DNA of 64,000 nt from Fistulifera solaris (taxonomy: Eukaryota): NCBI GenBank assembly GCA_030295235.1, contig AP026123.1, forward strand, positions 1,178,001 through 1,242,000. Direction: 5' to 3'. Below are positions 1-12,172 of this stretch, one piece after another (position 1 is the first letter of the stretch; each line of letters opens with the position of its first letter). The notes beneath the pieces are model-generated. The model had not been told where the DNA came from. It worked only from the letters and a program-made list of their open reading frames with translations, and searched no databases. The position numbers and the translations under genes are program-made.

Positions 1-226
1 TTTAGTCACTACGAAGGCTGTCGTAAACCTACATTATAAGCTATAGTCGCTTCGTAGTTATCTTGGCGTGGATCGCTCTAACCTTATCGGACGAAACTCA
101 AACCCACACACACACAAAATAATAAGGACGAAATAATAAAAAGCGGTGCACGACACAACACAATTTTTCTTGTTGTTGTTGCTCTCATTATATTTTCTTA
201 GAAGCTCCTATTGCTTTCATTCCAGA

Positions 227-1000
227 ATGAGTACCTACAGAGCGAAGATTATTCTGCTGGGAGATTCTCTGACGCAAACATCTTTCGAAGGATGGGGCGG
301 TCATTTAGCGAATGTCTATCAGCGACGAGCGGATGTCATCAACCGCGGCTTTTCCGGTTACAACACGAACTTCTTTCTCCGCTTGCCCATGGAAGAGTTT
401 CCTTGTGATAACTCGCTCGTTACTATTTTCTTTGGAGCCAACGATGCATCGCTGAAAGATGAAAATCCGCATCATTATGTTTCGCTTGAGGACTATTCGC
501 AAAATCTCAAAACGATCTTGGAGCGTGTACGACAAACGTACCCGCATTGCGGGAACAATATCCTGTTCATAACACCTCCGCCTGTCGTTCATGAGCAACG
601 GTTTCAGTGGCAGAAGGAAAAGTATGGCGACAAGGCGACAGGTGTCTTGGAACGGACATTGGAGAATGCGGGCAAATACGCGGCGGCTTGCAAGAAGGTA
701 GCTGCCGAGGTGGGTTTGCCGTGCTTGGATTTGTACACGACCATGCAACTAGAAAACGAATGGCAGCGTTTCTTCAATGATGGTTTGCATTTCTCGGCCG
801 ACGGACACAAGTTTGTGGGTGATGCTTTGGTGAACGCCATTCAAGAGCACTTTCCGAGTTGGACCGTGCACGCAGATCCATTGACCGGGCAATGGGCCAA
901 CAGTGCTTCGACGTGTGAAGGGTTATCCAGTGGCGGTCCTTTTCACGATGAAATCGATCATTTGGAACCGGAGAAAGCATTTGCGAAGCACTTTAAATAG
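227..1000 (+). CDS. SGNH/GDSL esterase, IAH1 (isoamyl-acetate-hydrolysing esterase)-like
   Basis: Blocks LLGDSLT, NRGFSGYNT, FFGANDA and DGLHFS all present; first ATG at 227. Confidence 0.9.
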   Translation: MSTYRAKIILLGDSLTQTSFEGWGGHLANVYQRRADVINRGFSGYNTNFFLRLPMEEFPCDNSLVTIFFGANDASLKDENPHHYVSLEDYSQNLKTILERVRQTYPHCGNNILFITPPPVVHEQRFQWQKEKYGDKATGVLERTLENAGKYAAACKKVAAEVGLPCLDLYTTMQLENEWQRFFNDGLHFSADGHKFVGDALVNAIQEHFPSWTVHADPLTGQWANSASTCEGLSSGGPFHDEIDHLEPEKAFAKHFK

Positions 1001-1209
1001 GCTTAAGACGGCGAAAACATGTTTACACTATCTATCACATTCTAGGGCAAATGCTGGAAGGTTCCTTGATTCAGAAGAGGCCTAGGAGCAATCAGATAGC
1101 ATCAAATGCTCCAGAGCCAAAAAACAGAACGATCTTTTCAGAACGACTAAAAGGACAAATGAATTTCGTTCTCTTTCCTCTGTTTCGCTCTCCATTACGA
1201 AATACTTGA

Positions 1210-1985
1210 TCAGCGTTCCTTGAGCGGCGCAGATTATAAATGACATGCGACCAGGTCGTCCCTTTGCTTCTCTAGTATGCAGAAAACAACTGCTTTTTCA
1301 ACTGATATACTTCTCGGATCGCTCGATAGCCTTCCCATAAATGACAAATGGCATCCTCTTTCGTCGAAACTACTTGAATAACGGTATGTTGCCCGACCAC
1401 TGTAATCGATCCGCCTTATCAATGAAGGACGGCCTGAGTCAGTGGCGGCTAATGTTAAATGCTCGTATGATTCATGAATACGTAAACATGCCCGTCATCC
1501 CTGTCATTCAAGCCGGCGGCTACGCAGAAACTCGAAAAAACCCCGTAGCGAATGAGCTGCCCTGAGATCGGATCTGATTGTTCGTAAGTATTTCACAGTC
1601 CTCAGTGCATCCTAACAAGCCTATCAGAACCGGTGAGTTGGGCAGCGTTTGCTTGGATACGAAAGTAATTTGAGATTCCAGCTGTGAAAAGTCCACGGCA
1701 ATGGACCCATCCCTGGAGAACATCGCTTTAGATACGGCGCTGCTTGTAGAGCTGTCGACCGGATTGGTGCTCACGGCGGCCCGAATTCGCGATGAGAAGT
1801 GATGAGGAGTAAGAATATCGTATCCACTGTCTTCTAGTATCCTCTTATGTGTAGCTTCTAAAACAAAGTTACGGCGGAAACCAAGCCACCGTTGAGTTGT
1901 TGAGGGTCAAGTCGGCGGCGACAAATGCTACCGAGCCAACCCGTCCTGATATGCAGGGATAAACCCCTACTGAAACGATTTTCAT
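1210..1985 (-). pseudogene. Decayed copy of the 20S proteasome beta-6 gene at 44893-45805
   Basis: Fragments VSKAMFSRDGSIAVDFS, KQTLPNSPVLIG, VVFCILEKQ and SAPLKER* match the intact gene; many indels and in-frame stops. Confidence 0.85.
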
Positions 1986-2069
1986 CCGCGGTCTGCGTCA
2001 AGGGCTCTGCTTGACGTCGTCCATTGTGAAAGGTTCCGAAAATTTATAAGCATTTCGGTTTTCCCCTTC

Positions 2070-2385
2070 AAAGGTCGCGTGAATGCACGACAATGAAGGT
2101 GAAAATAATGAGCAAAAAAATCCTGTGCTATGCCCTTGTATTTTGAGCCGAAAAGCACGGTTTGGCCACACTATGCTGTAATAGTATAAAAAAAGCGAGT
2201 GTATGCTTTTAAGTATCATGTCTCTCGTAACGGTACTGAAGATTCGGATCATGTCGCAGTGTGCCTGAAAAATGTCGCTGAGGACGCACGGACAGACTGG
2301 ACCCTCTTGGAGACTCGTGACTCAAAGGAGAAAATGCTTTACAGTGACAGATACTGTAACTTTAAATACACGGGACACGACTTTG
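2070..2385. repeat. ~300-bp promoter-region repeat, copy A
   Basis: Shares blocks AAAAAATCCTGTGCT...GCCGAAAAGCACGGTTTG, GTCGCAGTGTGC, CGGACAGACTGGACCCTCTT and CACGGGACACGA with 11277-11600 (+) and 44465-44810 (-). Confidence 0.9.
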
Positions 2386-2522
2386 TTGAAACAAGGCCAT
2401 CGCGACAATACGTTACAACGCAACAACATTACACCCGCATTATTGTGTTTTGTTCCTTTTAGATTTTATACACTCGTCTGTTCATCATTATTTACTCCAG
2501 GTGCAAACAGTAAAACTGAGCA

Positions 2523-4065
2523 ATGGCACAAGTCGACAAAGGTTCTATGGGACAACAACATGCCGCTGGTCAGGTGGAGGTGATGGAACTGACCGCATCG
2601 AGTCAACAGCAGAGGCAAAAGCATGAAGCTGTGTTACTCGATTTGGCTGCTAAAAAGGTTGCCGCCACGGTAGATGTTCCTACGCTTCCGGAGCAAGTAC
2701 GCGCTACCTTGCGTCAGCTGGGATTGCCGGTTCGTTTGTTTGGTGAAAACTTGGCGAATGTGCGTGACCGTCTGCGAATGGAACTAGCGCGGAGACAAGT
2801 AGGCGCAGAAGAGATTTTGAAACAAGAGGAACAAATCAAAAGGGAGCAATTAGAAGAGGAGGAGGAAGTTACAAAGTATACTCGAGCTACGCCAGCGCTT
2901 ATTGAAGCGAGACAGGCGATGACGGCGTTTTCCGTTGGTCGTGCCGCGAAAAGACTGAATGCCGAGCGTGAACTCCGTTCCTTGGCGTTAATGCAAAGAA
3001 AGCGAAACAAAATCGTGAGCGAGGAAGATGAAAAACAACAAGCGGTAGACGATAGTATCCTATCTCAGCTGGATGCAAAGTGTATAAAATTAAGCAGGCA
3101 ACTTCGACAAGTTGGTTTGTCTGGATCTCAGTACGGAGACAGTCGTGCACTTTCGTCGATTTGTACGCAATCAGTGGCGGGTATACCGCTTGTGGCGACG
3201 GCGAGTTGGTCTGGATCAATACATCTCTGGGATGGGAGATCCTCTGCCATTGAACCCTTGGGGCAAAAGACTTTGTGTCACGAAGACCGTGTAATGGGTA
3301 TCAGCATGATTCCCCTCGATCACGACGACGCGCTGATAGCGACAGCTTCAATCGATATGACTGGTAAATTGTGGAAAATCACAAAATCATATGTAGTTAT
3401 GAACGAAGATGAAGAAGAAAGTGCGGAGAGCAGCGTTTTTAGTATCACTGAAGCTTCACATCTCACAGGTCACGCCGCTCGTTTGTGTAGAACTGCATTC
3501 CATCCAATGAAACGGCACGTGGCCACAACAAGCTTTGATCATACGTGGAGGTTGTGGGATGTAGAGACTGGGAAGAATATCCTCCTTCAAGATGGGCATT
3601 GGAAGGAATGTTACGGCGTCGGATTTCATCCTGACGGTAGCCTGTGTTCGACTTCGGACTTTTCGGGAGTCGTCCACGTGTGGGATCTTCGAACAGGAAA
3701 GTCAATCAAGCACTTTATGGGACATGCGAAACGGGTACTCAATACTGAATTTCACCCAAACGGGTTCCAGTTGGCCACATCTGGTGACGATGGCACTATC
3801 AAAATCTGGGATTTGCGCAAAAGGAAGATGACTGCCAACATACCTGCACACTCTAATTTGATCACCAACACTCGTTTTGATGCAACAGGAGAATACATGG
3901 TGTCCTCCTCTTTCGATGGAACAGTTTGTCTTTTGGGGGGCGAGGGATTGGAAAATGCTGAACCGATTGCATGGCCATGATGGAAAAGTCAGTGGTGCTG
4001 ACATACTAGAGGATCACTCTATTATATCTTGCGGTTTTGACAAGACTTTGAAATTATGGAGCTAA
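2523..4065 (+). CDS. PRPF4: U4/U6 snRNP protein Prp4 (PRP4 motif + WD40 repeats)
   Basis: VRATLRQLGLPVRLFGE...RDRL PRP4/SFM motif followed by WD40 repeats. Last repeat (LHGHDGKV...DKTLKLW) lies in another frame after the TTTTGGGGGG run at ~3931-3940. Confidence 0.9.
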
Positions 4066-4535
4066 TTAATTACAGAAAAGTAGTGCGTCTGTGTCGGAAG
4101 CACGTAAAATGTAATATTCAAACTTCTTAGTATTTTACTACGAGCTATAGAAAGAATGGGCACCTAAAGCGTTATTTTTCGTCACAATCATTCACGACAA
4201 CAACATGGATGAAGTCTCAAACGTGGCTTGAAAGATTATCTTTGCTTCTTAGACCTGAAAGTCGGGAGTATTTATTTATACAAAAGAAAACTACCATCAT
4301 AGATCGTTTCCGGGACTGGAATATTATTGATTCACAAGAAAAATAATATACACTTCCAACGATAGTCCATGCCCGACCTGCCTCGACCAAGGTAACACGG
4401 AGTATAAAAAAAGGACGATGATGATTATTATTTCACAATAACAAAAGGCGGGCCTATATGATCATATATTGATGAAAGCGTTCATATCGCTTCATTCGCA
4501 AAGCCTTAATATTATGATTGCAATTGACCTTCAAA

Positions 4536-6212
4536 ATGGAGCCCGCCTCGTCGTTACGCGCACAGCCACAAGTAAGGGAGCAAGAAAGCACGGTAATGCT
4601 GCGCGGTAGAGAAAAGCGTCGACACCTTGCGGCTTCAGCAATCGACTTGCGAGACCCATTTGAACTTATTTCGTTGGCTGTTCGTTTCGATGAAAGCACT
4701 GAAAACGAGTCTCTTCTAAGGACGCCGCTGGAAAGAGGAAGTTTTTACGATACGCAACAATTTGTTGAGGTTCTCGAGTTCTTGCGAGAGCAAACGAAGC
4801 CCCATTCAAAAAGGACACAACAATCACCGTTTCTCGAGAAGAATCGGCTTCTTGCAGTAACGCCGATAATTTTGTCGGGTGTGTTATCCACTATTCAGAG
4901 TCAGCGCGAGCTGTCTGATAAATGTCCTTATTCGATGAGTCTTTCATCGGAGCTTGTCACGGCATGCCAAACCATGCGACACGCAGCGTTATCAAGATTG
5001 CGTACGAAAAAGCAAAGAGGACGTACGCAGCGAGTGATTATCCCATTTTTCTGTGTTACTGTTCTCATCTCCATTTACGTGGGAAGCTTGCTAGAAATGA
5101 AAGAGCTCGTATCAAAGTTGGGTTTTGTTGATTCGTGCATGGAGGCCGGGCTGAACGCTGAGAATGCTACGAACGAACACTACCATAAAGTCTGTCGCAT
5201 CTCTGACGCGTATCTTTGGGATCAGTACAAAGCCTACTCGTTGAAACTTGAGGGGTCGTGCTCTATCGGGAAGCATCTATGCTATCACAACTTGTTACGC
5301 GACCGTTATCGAGAAGCTCCATTTTCGATGCATGCCTCCCTTTCACAAGAATTGATTACGTTGGAAGAGATGGAATCAAGTTCGTTTTCAGAACTTATTG
5401 CAGGATCAAGTAAAAGGACTAGGACAAAAGAAAAAACAGACATTTCGTGGTTGGGTGACACAAACGTAAACAGAGCGCTGGCTGAAGCACTTCGAGAATA
5501 TTTACCTGCTAATACACATCTTTCTGTTCTGGATGTCGGTTGTGGCGTCGGTGGTACTCTGTATCCTCTCCTTTCCACTTATGCATCAACTGCTGAAACG
5601 AACAGAAACTTTCGCTATCACGGAATGTCTCTGAGTGGGGCAGAAATCAATTTCGCACGGCGCTTAGCCTCATACCATGACATTACAGCCGATGTGGCAG
5701 TTTTTGAGAAAAAGAATTATGACGCCCCTTTACCTTCCGCTACTTTCACGGCCGTTCTGGCTGTTGAGTCCCTCTCGTACAGTCCGGATATCAAAGCAAC
5801 GCTGTCAAATCTGCTAAAGTCAGTACAAAGAGGGGGACTTTTGATTATAGTTGATAAGGTGATTGCTGCAAAAGCTCAACAATCATCAGCGGGTGCTGAT
5901 CCGCAGTTTCAAATATCGTCTATCTCGCATACTCAATGGATGACAGCAATAAAACATATTGGGTGTCAGCTCGAGCTCGCCCGCGACCTTAGCTTAGAAT
6001 ACGAAGTATTGTCGAACGAGCGTTTTGATCAGTTTTCCGTGTATTGGCACTACCGGATTCCGTTCTTGTGGGCATCGAAGAGCTCAGCAGGTCGTCGTGT
6101 CGTGGAGTTGACAGAGGATCTTGTTACTGTTGTTAGAGAAAAGGCACAGAGACGTGAAGCTTTTCGGACGGCTGGTGCTACATACAACATGTACATATGT
6201 CGCAAGTTGTAA
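4536..6212 (+). CDS. Membrane-anchored SAM-dependent methyltransferase
   Basis: Hydrophobic helix VIIPFFCVTVLISIYVGSLL; class I MTase motifs VLDVGCGVGG, AVESLSY and GGLLIIVD. Confidence 0.75.
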   Translation: MEPASSLRAQPQVREQESTVMLRGREKRRHLAASAIDLRDPFELISLAVRFDESTENESLLRTPLERGSFYDTQQFVEVLEFLREQTKPHSKRTQQSPFLEKNRLLAVTPIILSGVLSTIQSQRELSDKCPYSMSLSSELVTACQTMRHAALSRLRTKKQRGRTQRVIIPFFCVTVLISIYVGSLLEMKELVSKLGFVDSCMEAGLNAENATNEHYHKVCRISDAYLWDQYKAYSLKLEGSCSIGKHLCYHNLLRDRYREAPFSMHASLSQELITLEEMESSSFSELIAGSSKRTRTKEKTDISWLGDTNVNRALAEALREYLPANTHLSVLDVGCGVGGTLYPLLSTYASTAETNRNFRYHGMSLSGAEINFARRLASYHDITADVAVFEKKNYDAPLPSATFTAVLAVESLSYSPDIKATLSNLLKSVQRGGLLIIVDKVIAAKAQQSSAGADPQFQISSISHTQWMTAIKHIGCQLELARDLSLEYEVLSNERFDQFSVYWHYRIPFLWASKSSAGRRVVELTEDLVTVVREKAQRREAFRTAGATYNMYICRKL

Positions 6213-6898
6213 TTCAAAGGTGATTTTGATAATTGCTTTGGCCTGACTTGCGACGAACTCGACTATCTGCCTTACAGCGGCGGAAGTATGTTGTGATAAG
6301 ATTCCGCGCCGATCCGGCTCTTTGAGTTCAACCAAACTTTAGCGTGCAACAAATTGGCGTCCTCACAAAGTTTGGTGTTGACGTTCATTCACAAAGTAGC
6401 CTCTTAAAGCAGCAAATGATGAGAACATTTTAGTAGCAACGAGAGCGACAAAAGTATGACCTGGTGTTACTTGAAAATACTGGTGTATTATTTCGAAACT
6501 ACATTGTAAATTATAACAAGCCATTTGCCCTTGACAACTTTTATAAAGTCTTTTGAGAAACAACAGAATATTGTTTCCTATTCACCCGTGCAAGCGATTG
6601 CGTGTTGACGGTTCAATTGCATCTAGCTATTTTATCCAAAGACCAAAAGACTGTTAGAAGGGTGATTGAAACTCAGTCGTGAAGAAAATTGCTTACATTT
6701 TTCGCCATAGTGGAATAATCGCATCACAAAAACTTCGTGAACACAAGAAGTGCTGGCTTCGCCGTAAAGATGATTGAGAAGCAAAGATCATCAAAGATGT
6801 TGGATATGAAGTAATGTCATTATTTCTTTGTTGACTTCACGAGTCACTTTGTTACGTATTAGAGTGTTTTGGAAAGATTTTTTAGTAACTGATTCGCC

Positions 6899-8067
6899 AT
6901 GGTGTGCAAGGCGATTCTTTGTCGATTGGCGCTGCTTCTGTTTACCTTTTCGGGCGTGAAATCGCAATTATTCGATCCTCCCACTCTTGGAAGAATATCG
7001 AATAATTATTTTGGATCTAGAACTTCCTATGCAGTCAAACCCCAGCCCTCGCGGCAACAATCAAATCCAAGGCATGGAAAACCTGTCGCCACGGATCAAA
7101 TTGGCGACCAAGAAACGAGGGACATGATCAACTCTTTTTGGCTAGAGAATCGAGAAATTCGTTCATTGGTAAGATTTTGTACTCCAATCCGCAACGCTTG
7201 TTCCAACTCTCACTCGTGTATATCGTGAATCATGTAAAGCTAAGGTATACGGGATATTGGCAGCTCAACTCATCTTCACGGCTTTATCGGTAACAGTATT
7301 CGGAACAAATCCAGCGATAAAGCGATGGATTCTCGGTTCCGGACTCGGCATCTACGCCCCGTTGGTGTGTGCACTAATCTCTCTCTGTACGGTACTGGTC
7401 ATGACCTTTAGCACCCATGCAAGACGGTCCTCGCCGCTCAAATATAACCTTCTTGCTCTCTTCACTTTTGGAGAAGCAATAAGCGTCGGGTTTGTGACAA
7501 GTTTCTACAAATTTCGTTCGGTAGTGACGGCTATGCTTGCAACGGCGCTTGCGACAACTGCTATCTCTGTTTACACTGTCAGGCAAAAGAATCCTAGATA
7601 TGATTTGACACAATGGGGGCCGCATTGTCATCGTAAGTATCACGGATCTTTTCGATTCTGCAGAGTACCCTTGTTCTTCTGCACTCAAACATCCTTTGAA
7701 GTTGTGGTTTGGTATTTGTTACTCTTTCTTTTGTCAAGCTATTGCAGAGTTTTGGTACCATTCCTACTATTATCCCGTTAAACGATTCCTTGTTTGCTTT
7801 TCTGGGAGCGTGCATGTTTTCATTTTACCTTGCACACGACACCAGGCTCATCGTCGCCGGAAAGCATAGCAAGTATCGGATGAATAATGAGGACTATGTT
7901 TTCGGTGCGAGTAAGTGACCAAACGATGTATGGCAACTTTAGTCATGCATTTCTTCCAGCTTCAACTCACAATATTTGTGTCCTTGACAGTGACTCTGTA
8001 CATGGATATCATATCCTTATTTTTGCAACTCCTGGACCTTCTAGCGGATAAAGACAACAAAAAGTGA
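6899..8067 (+). CDS. Bax inhibitor-1/LFG (TMBIM) family membrane protein, multi-exon
   Basis: VYGILAAQLIFT, PLKYNLLALFT, FSFYLAHDT...EDYVFGA-TLYMDIISLFLQLL. Introns ~7169-7244, ~7633-7700 and ~7910-7990. Confidence 0.85.
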
Positions 8068-8818
8068 CCAAGAAGAAGTCGTCATTGATACGATTTGACG
8101 CTCGAGCTTGAATTCATGTAAGCCGGACTGTCATTGAGCTAAAGGAAGTTGATAAAGAAAGTATGATATGGAGGTAACGAAGTATTTTTGGATTGAAGTT
8201 CGTCCTGCTGCTGCTCATCGTTATTTTTTGTGAGTTTGTGAGTACCGGTACCTGGTAACCAGAGTAACCTTAACCGAATCCTGGTGCGAGGCAGTGCCCG
8301 TTTGGTTCCGAGTTCCAAGTGCCGATACGGTATTGGTGATGTTTGTGTCATGTGTAAAGTACAGTGCGGCGAGCGGCGTTTGGGATTGCGTGTACAGCTT
8401 TACGCAGTGTGATAAAGTGCGTTTAGTGTCCAATGACTCAGTCCCGGAGTCCTCGTGAAAGTTTCTATAAAGTTGGAAGTAGAGATTAACGTTTTGCTAT
8501 AAATATTGTTTAAATAAAAATAGTCTTCGTCGTACCGTCTTTACTATTATGCACCTTTATAATTTCTTCATTCCCAGTCCATTTTTTCAGCATTGTCCAT
8601 CCGAAATGGTGCAATAAATCCAAAAACTCCTGTGGCCCCGGACTTCGCACCTCGCCTTGTAAGCTTCGATATTTCGAAAAAACCGGCATTAGCTAGACGA
8701 AAAAGGAGCAAGTAGATGGTCAAGGAACCACATTTCCTATGACAAGGGCAACAGTTTTACCAATCTTAAAGTGTAACTGCGTCCTTATTGTCTTTGCTCG
8801 AGATTAGTTCAATTGCAG

Positions 8819-10392
8819 ATGAATTTTTCGAGCGGAGGGAGGGGAGAGCAAGGAGGAAGAGGTCCTATTCCGAGGCTATCCTCTGGCGAGCAGTCGTCAC
8901 CGGAGGAGTCGTCCCCTAACAAAGCCATCAAACCAAAATTCACGAGGGACAGTAGAATCAGTCCGTCAAAATCGTTTCAGAAGAGGATATCACAAAGAGA
9001 AGGCGAGCCTATCGGCACAAAGTTTCGAAGCGATGAAGCTATCTCTTCTTCTTCCTCGAAAGAAGATGTACATTCCTTGGCAGTTGAAAACGACACGAAG
9101 CCCCTTATTTCGTCTCGGTTAAGAAAAGCTTCTATTGGATCAAAGTCTGATGTCTCGCGTACTTTTGCGACTTTGGATGACAAGGATTCACGGTTTGCTG
9201 GTTCTAGATCAAAAGACTTTTCGCCAGATCATGATATAATACCAGTGTCACGGTCCAATCGAACAAGCGAAGACACGAAAAGGACCCACTATCGATTCAC
9301 TGCCCCACAAAGACGAACACGTTCGCTGGATGGTGCAGACATTGACGAGATAATAAGTCGTGAGATTCTATCTCCAATGGCAAGAAGGACAAAAGTGAAG
9401 ACGATGTTGTCGATAACGCACGACGGCCCGTGAGAATCACTGGGAGGAGACGGTCATCGACAGGTGAGAGCCCAGAAAGAAGAATACCGTCGAGGTCATT
9501 TCGAACTTTGGTTCGGCGAGATCTTGTGTCTTCAAATGATTTTGTAAAGGAGAGAGAGCGTTTTGCTGGTTCTGAAAGAACAAATGATGAGGAAGGTCGT
9601 CGATCGAGTTTTTCGAGTCCAGCACGAAGTGCAACAGGTAACTCGGTCGCAAGGATGCTTCGCAGTTCCAGCACTGGTGAGTTTTCAGGTGGTTCGCTTA
9701 TTGGTGGAGACGCCTCTTCGGTCGGTTTAAACCAGCGGGGAGAACGCGATGTGCCATTAGTTGACACTATTCCTAGTGCTTTGCGGACTCCGGAGAAAAG
9801 ATACCGACGACAGCGAGTTGCATTACCAGCGTTTCTATTTGATCCAGTTTCTGACAAATCGCCTGGGGCTAAAACTCCTTTTTCGACAAAATTAATGGAG
9901 AGTACAAGCTCGGACTCCAGTGAGCAACGTCTCGCACGAAACAAAGAAGGTGTTGATGTTCGTTTTCAAGCAAATTTGCCTTCGTGCCCATCTGTTTCAA
10001 CGTTTCTTGCTGATTCATGCGTGGTCTTATTTGACGGGGCACCTAACTTGCCGCAGAGAACTGTTGATGACCTTGAAGCTGGTGGGCTGGAACCTCCGAG
10101 AGAAGACGAATCAAAGTCAAAGTCGGAGGCGCCATTGTCATTCATCTCGTTTTTCTTGAACGAAGAAAACGATGAAAGGAGTTCAATCACTGTCGAATCT
10201 TTAGAGGATGACAATAAATCGGTCAGCTCCTATTGTCCCTCCATAGCAGACTGCATTTCGACTGGTACCTCAATGGCAGACGAAGCCCCAAAAATGCCTG
10301 GACGCGGGGTTTCGCAGCTCAGCATGGAAAGTGGAAATGCACTAGGTGAGATGGACGACGATAAGTCCGCTTATGAGTCGCTGAATGAATAA
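8819..10392 (+). CDS. Ser/Arg-rich low-complexity hypothetical protein
   Basis: Two long adjacent ORFs of similar composition joinable by a 1-nt frameshift near 9390-9430; no recognisable domain. Confidence 0.55.
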
Positions 10393-10535
10393 AAAATTTT
10401 GGATTCAAAATGAAAACTACGCGAGTTACGTACTGCCCTTAATGCTTATTGTCCGGTCGCTTTGGAAAACAATCTTAAATACTTTCATTGGTATCATGAT
10501 GGCGGATGGTCTATGCCCCCAAGAAAGCAACATCG

Positions 10536-11146
10536 TTACCAGTTGTATTGCCATTTGCTTGTATCGCCTCCGAGACGTTGCTGTATGTGTGACGCAGATT
10601 CTGTCGCTTCGACTCGCGTCAATGAATCCTTGTGCAATCTATCCTGGTCTTTGACAGCTTGTAAAACTGAATGAATATTGGTTTCTAGCACCATACCACC
10701 CATCACAATTTCATCTAACACATAGTGAACCTGCAAGGAGATAAAAAAAGTGAGAAGATTTTAATGGATACGCCGAATGACTAATCTTTATCACGTACTC
10801 TGTCAGAGTGAAAAATCAAATCGAGCTCGCAAACTGACTCGAAGCACCGATCTAAGGACTCCACAAAGACTTGAATAAGATCCAAAATTCCTAGGTCGGA
10901 CTCTTGACTATCAACGGCAAATACAAAGAAAAGTGTTGCGTAATGGCGGTAGATCAATTTGATGTTGTCTCCCCATTCTGGAATGGCTCCTTCCAAATAA
11001 TTGCAAAATGAATCTGGTCTTGCAGCGACCTGTTGAAAGACTCTACGAATAACACTCTGTTGTAAAGATTCAGACTCGACCGACTGGTAAAACTTTACAA
11101 GACGAGGCTTGCCATGATTGTTGACTATTATTATTCCCTTGATCAT
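10536..11146 (-). CDS. AP3S: AP-3 adaptor complex sigma subunit
   Basis: MIKGIIIVNNHGKPRL, YRHYATLFF, LDLIQVFVE, VCELDLIFH, VHYVLDEIVMGGMVLETN; GT-AG intron 10731-10798. Confidence 0.93.
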
Positions 11147-11276
11147 GGTGTCGTCTCTCCTGTCTCTGTATCACGCTTGAGCGGCTTTTATTTACTCAGT
11201 AATGTGTTACGAACAATCAAAGGATTCTCTTTGTTGTTACGATTCCAAGAAAGATTGAAAAGAGATCGCTTATTAG

Positions 11277-11600
11277 CTTCAAAGGTTTCTAAATGGCACA
11301 AAGATGAAGGTGAACAGCAATGGGCAAAAAATCCTGTGCTATTATGCCCTTGTGTATTTTGGGCCGAAAAGCACGGTTTGCACACACTACGTCTTAAGTG
11401 TACTAAAAAGTTAGAGTGAGATTTGAGTTGTGTCTATATCGGAACGGTAATCCTAAATAAAGCTTTTGTCGCAGTGTGCATTTCAAATGTCGCAGGGGAT
11501 GTACGGACAGACTGGACCCTCTTTAGACTCGTGATCCAGAGACAGATAAGTTGGACAGTAACGTAAACTGTGGTATCCAAATACACGGGACACGATTTTT
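11277..11600. repeat. ~300-bp promoter-region repeat, copy B (direct relative to copy A)
   Basis: Same conserved blocks in the same order as 2070-2385. Confidence 0.9.
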
Positions 11601-12172
11601 TCTTTACACACCAGACGCTATTCCTTGCATGCTGCTAAGAATATGATCCAAGTAAAGTCAGTGTATACACGCTGGTAACTCCTGATAATGAACCTAGTGA
11701 GCATGAACCCATACTTTGGCCTGCGACGAATGGTAGTCGCGGCGAAGGCAGCTGACACTGCGGGTGTGAACCTGGTAATGGAAGAGGGGCGACTAAAACT
11801 TCTATTGTTCTTCAGAATAATCAAAACTATGCTTACAAGGTCCTGTAATTTTCTCAACGCCTACTTGGCTTAAAACTAACCATTTTCACAAGCAAAAAAT
11901 TCATCCCATTGCGACTCTTTGCTAGTAAGTTGTTCAACTTCGTACATCTCTATGGTCGTTGATAGCGCATCTTGTACATATCTACTCCGTCGCACATCAA
12001 ATCAAATCATTGTCCGGATGACGATCTTGGTTGCTCTGTCTCAATTAGAGTCCAAGCACTGATAATCCAGTTTGGGTGGTGGGAAAGGGAAATGGAGGAT
12101 GAGCGTTCACAGTCAACGAGCGCTATCATTTTGTCATGCGAAACAGCCCCTATCCAATAAATGTTATGTAAA

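Noticed and set aside
8..58. 9-bp inverted repeat ACTACGAAG/CTTCGTAGT
   Set aside because: Short and at the window edge; compatible with chance.
8220..8460. GT-rich stretch with GTACC/GTAACC words as telomere-like repeat or ncRNA
   Set aside because: No regular telomeric period or recognisable RNA motif; boundaries cannot be defined.
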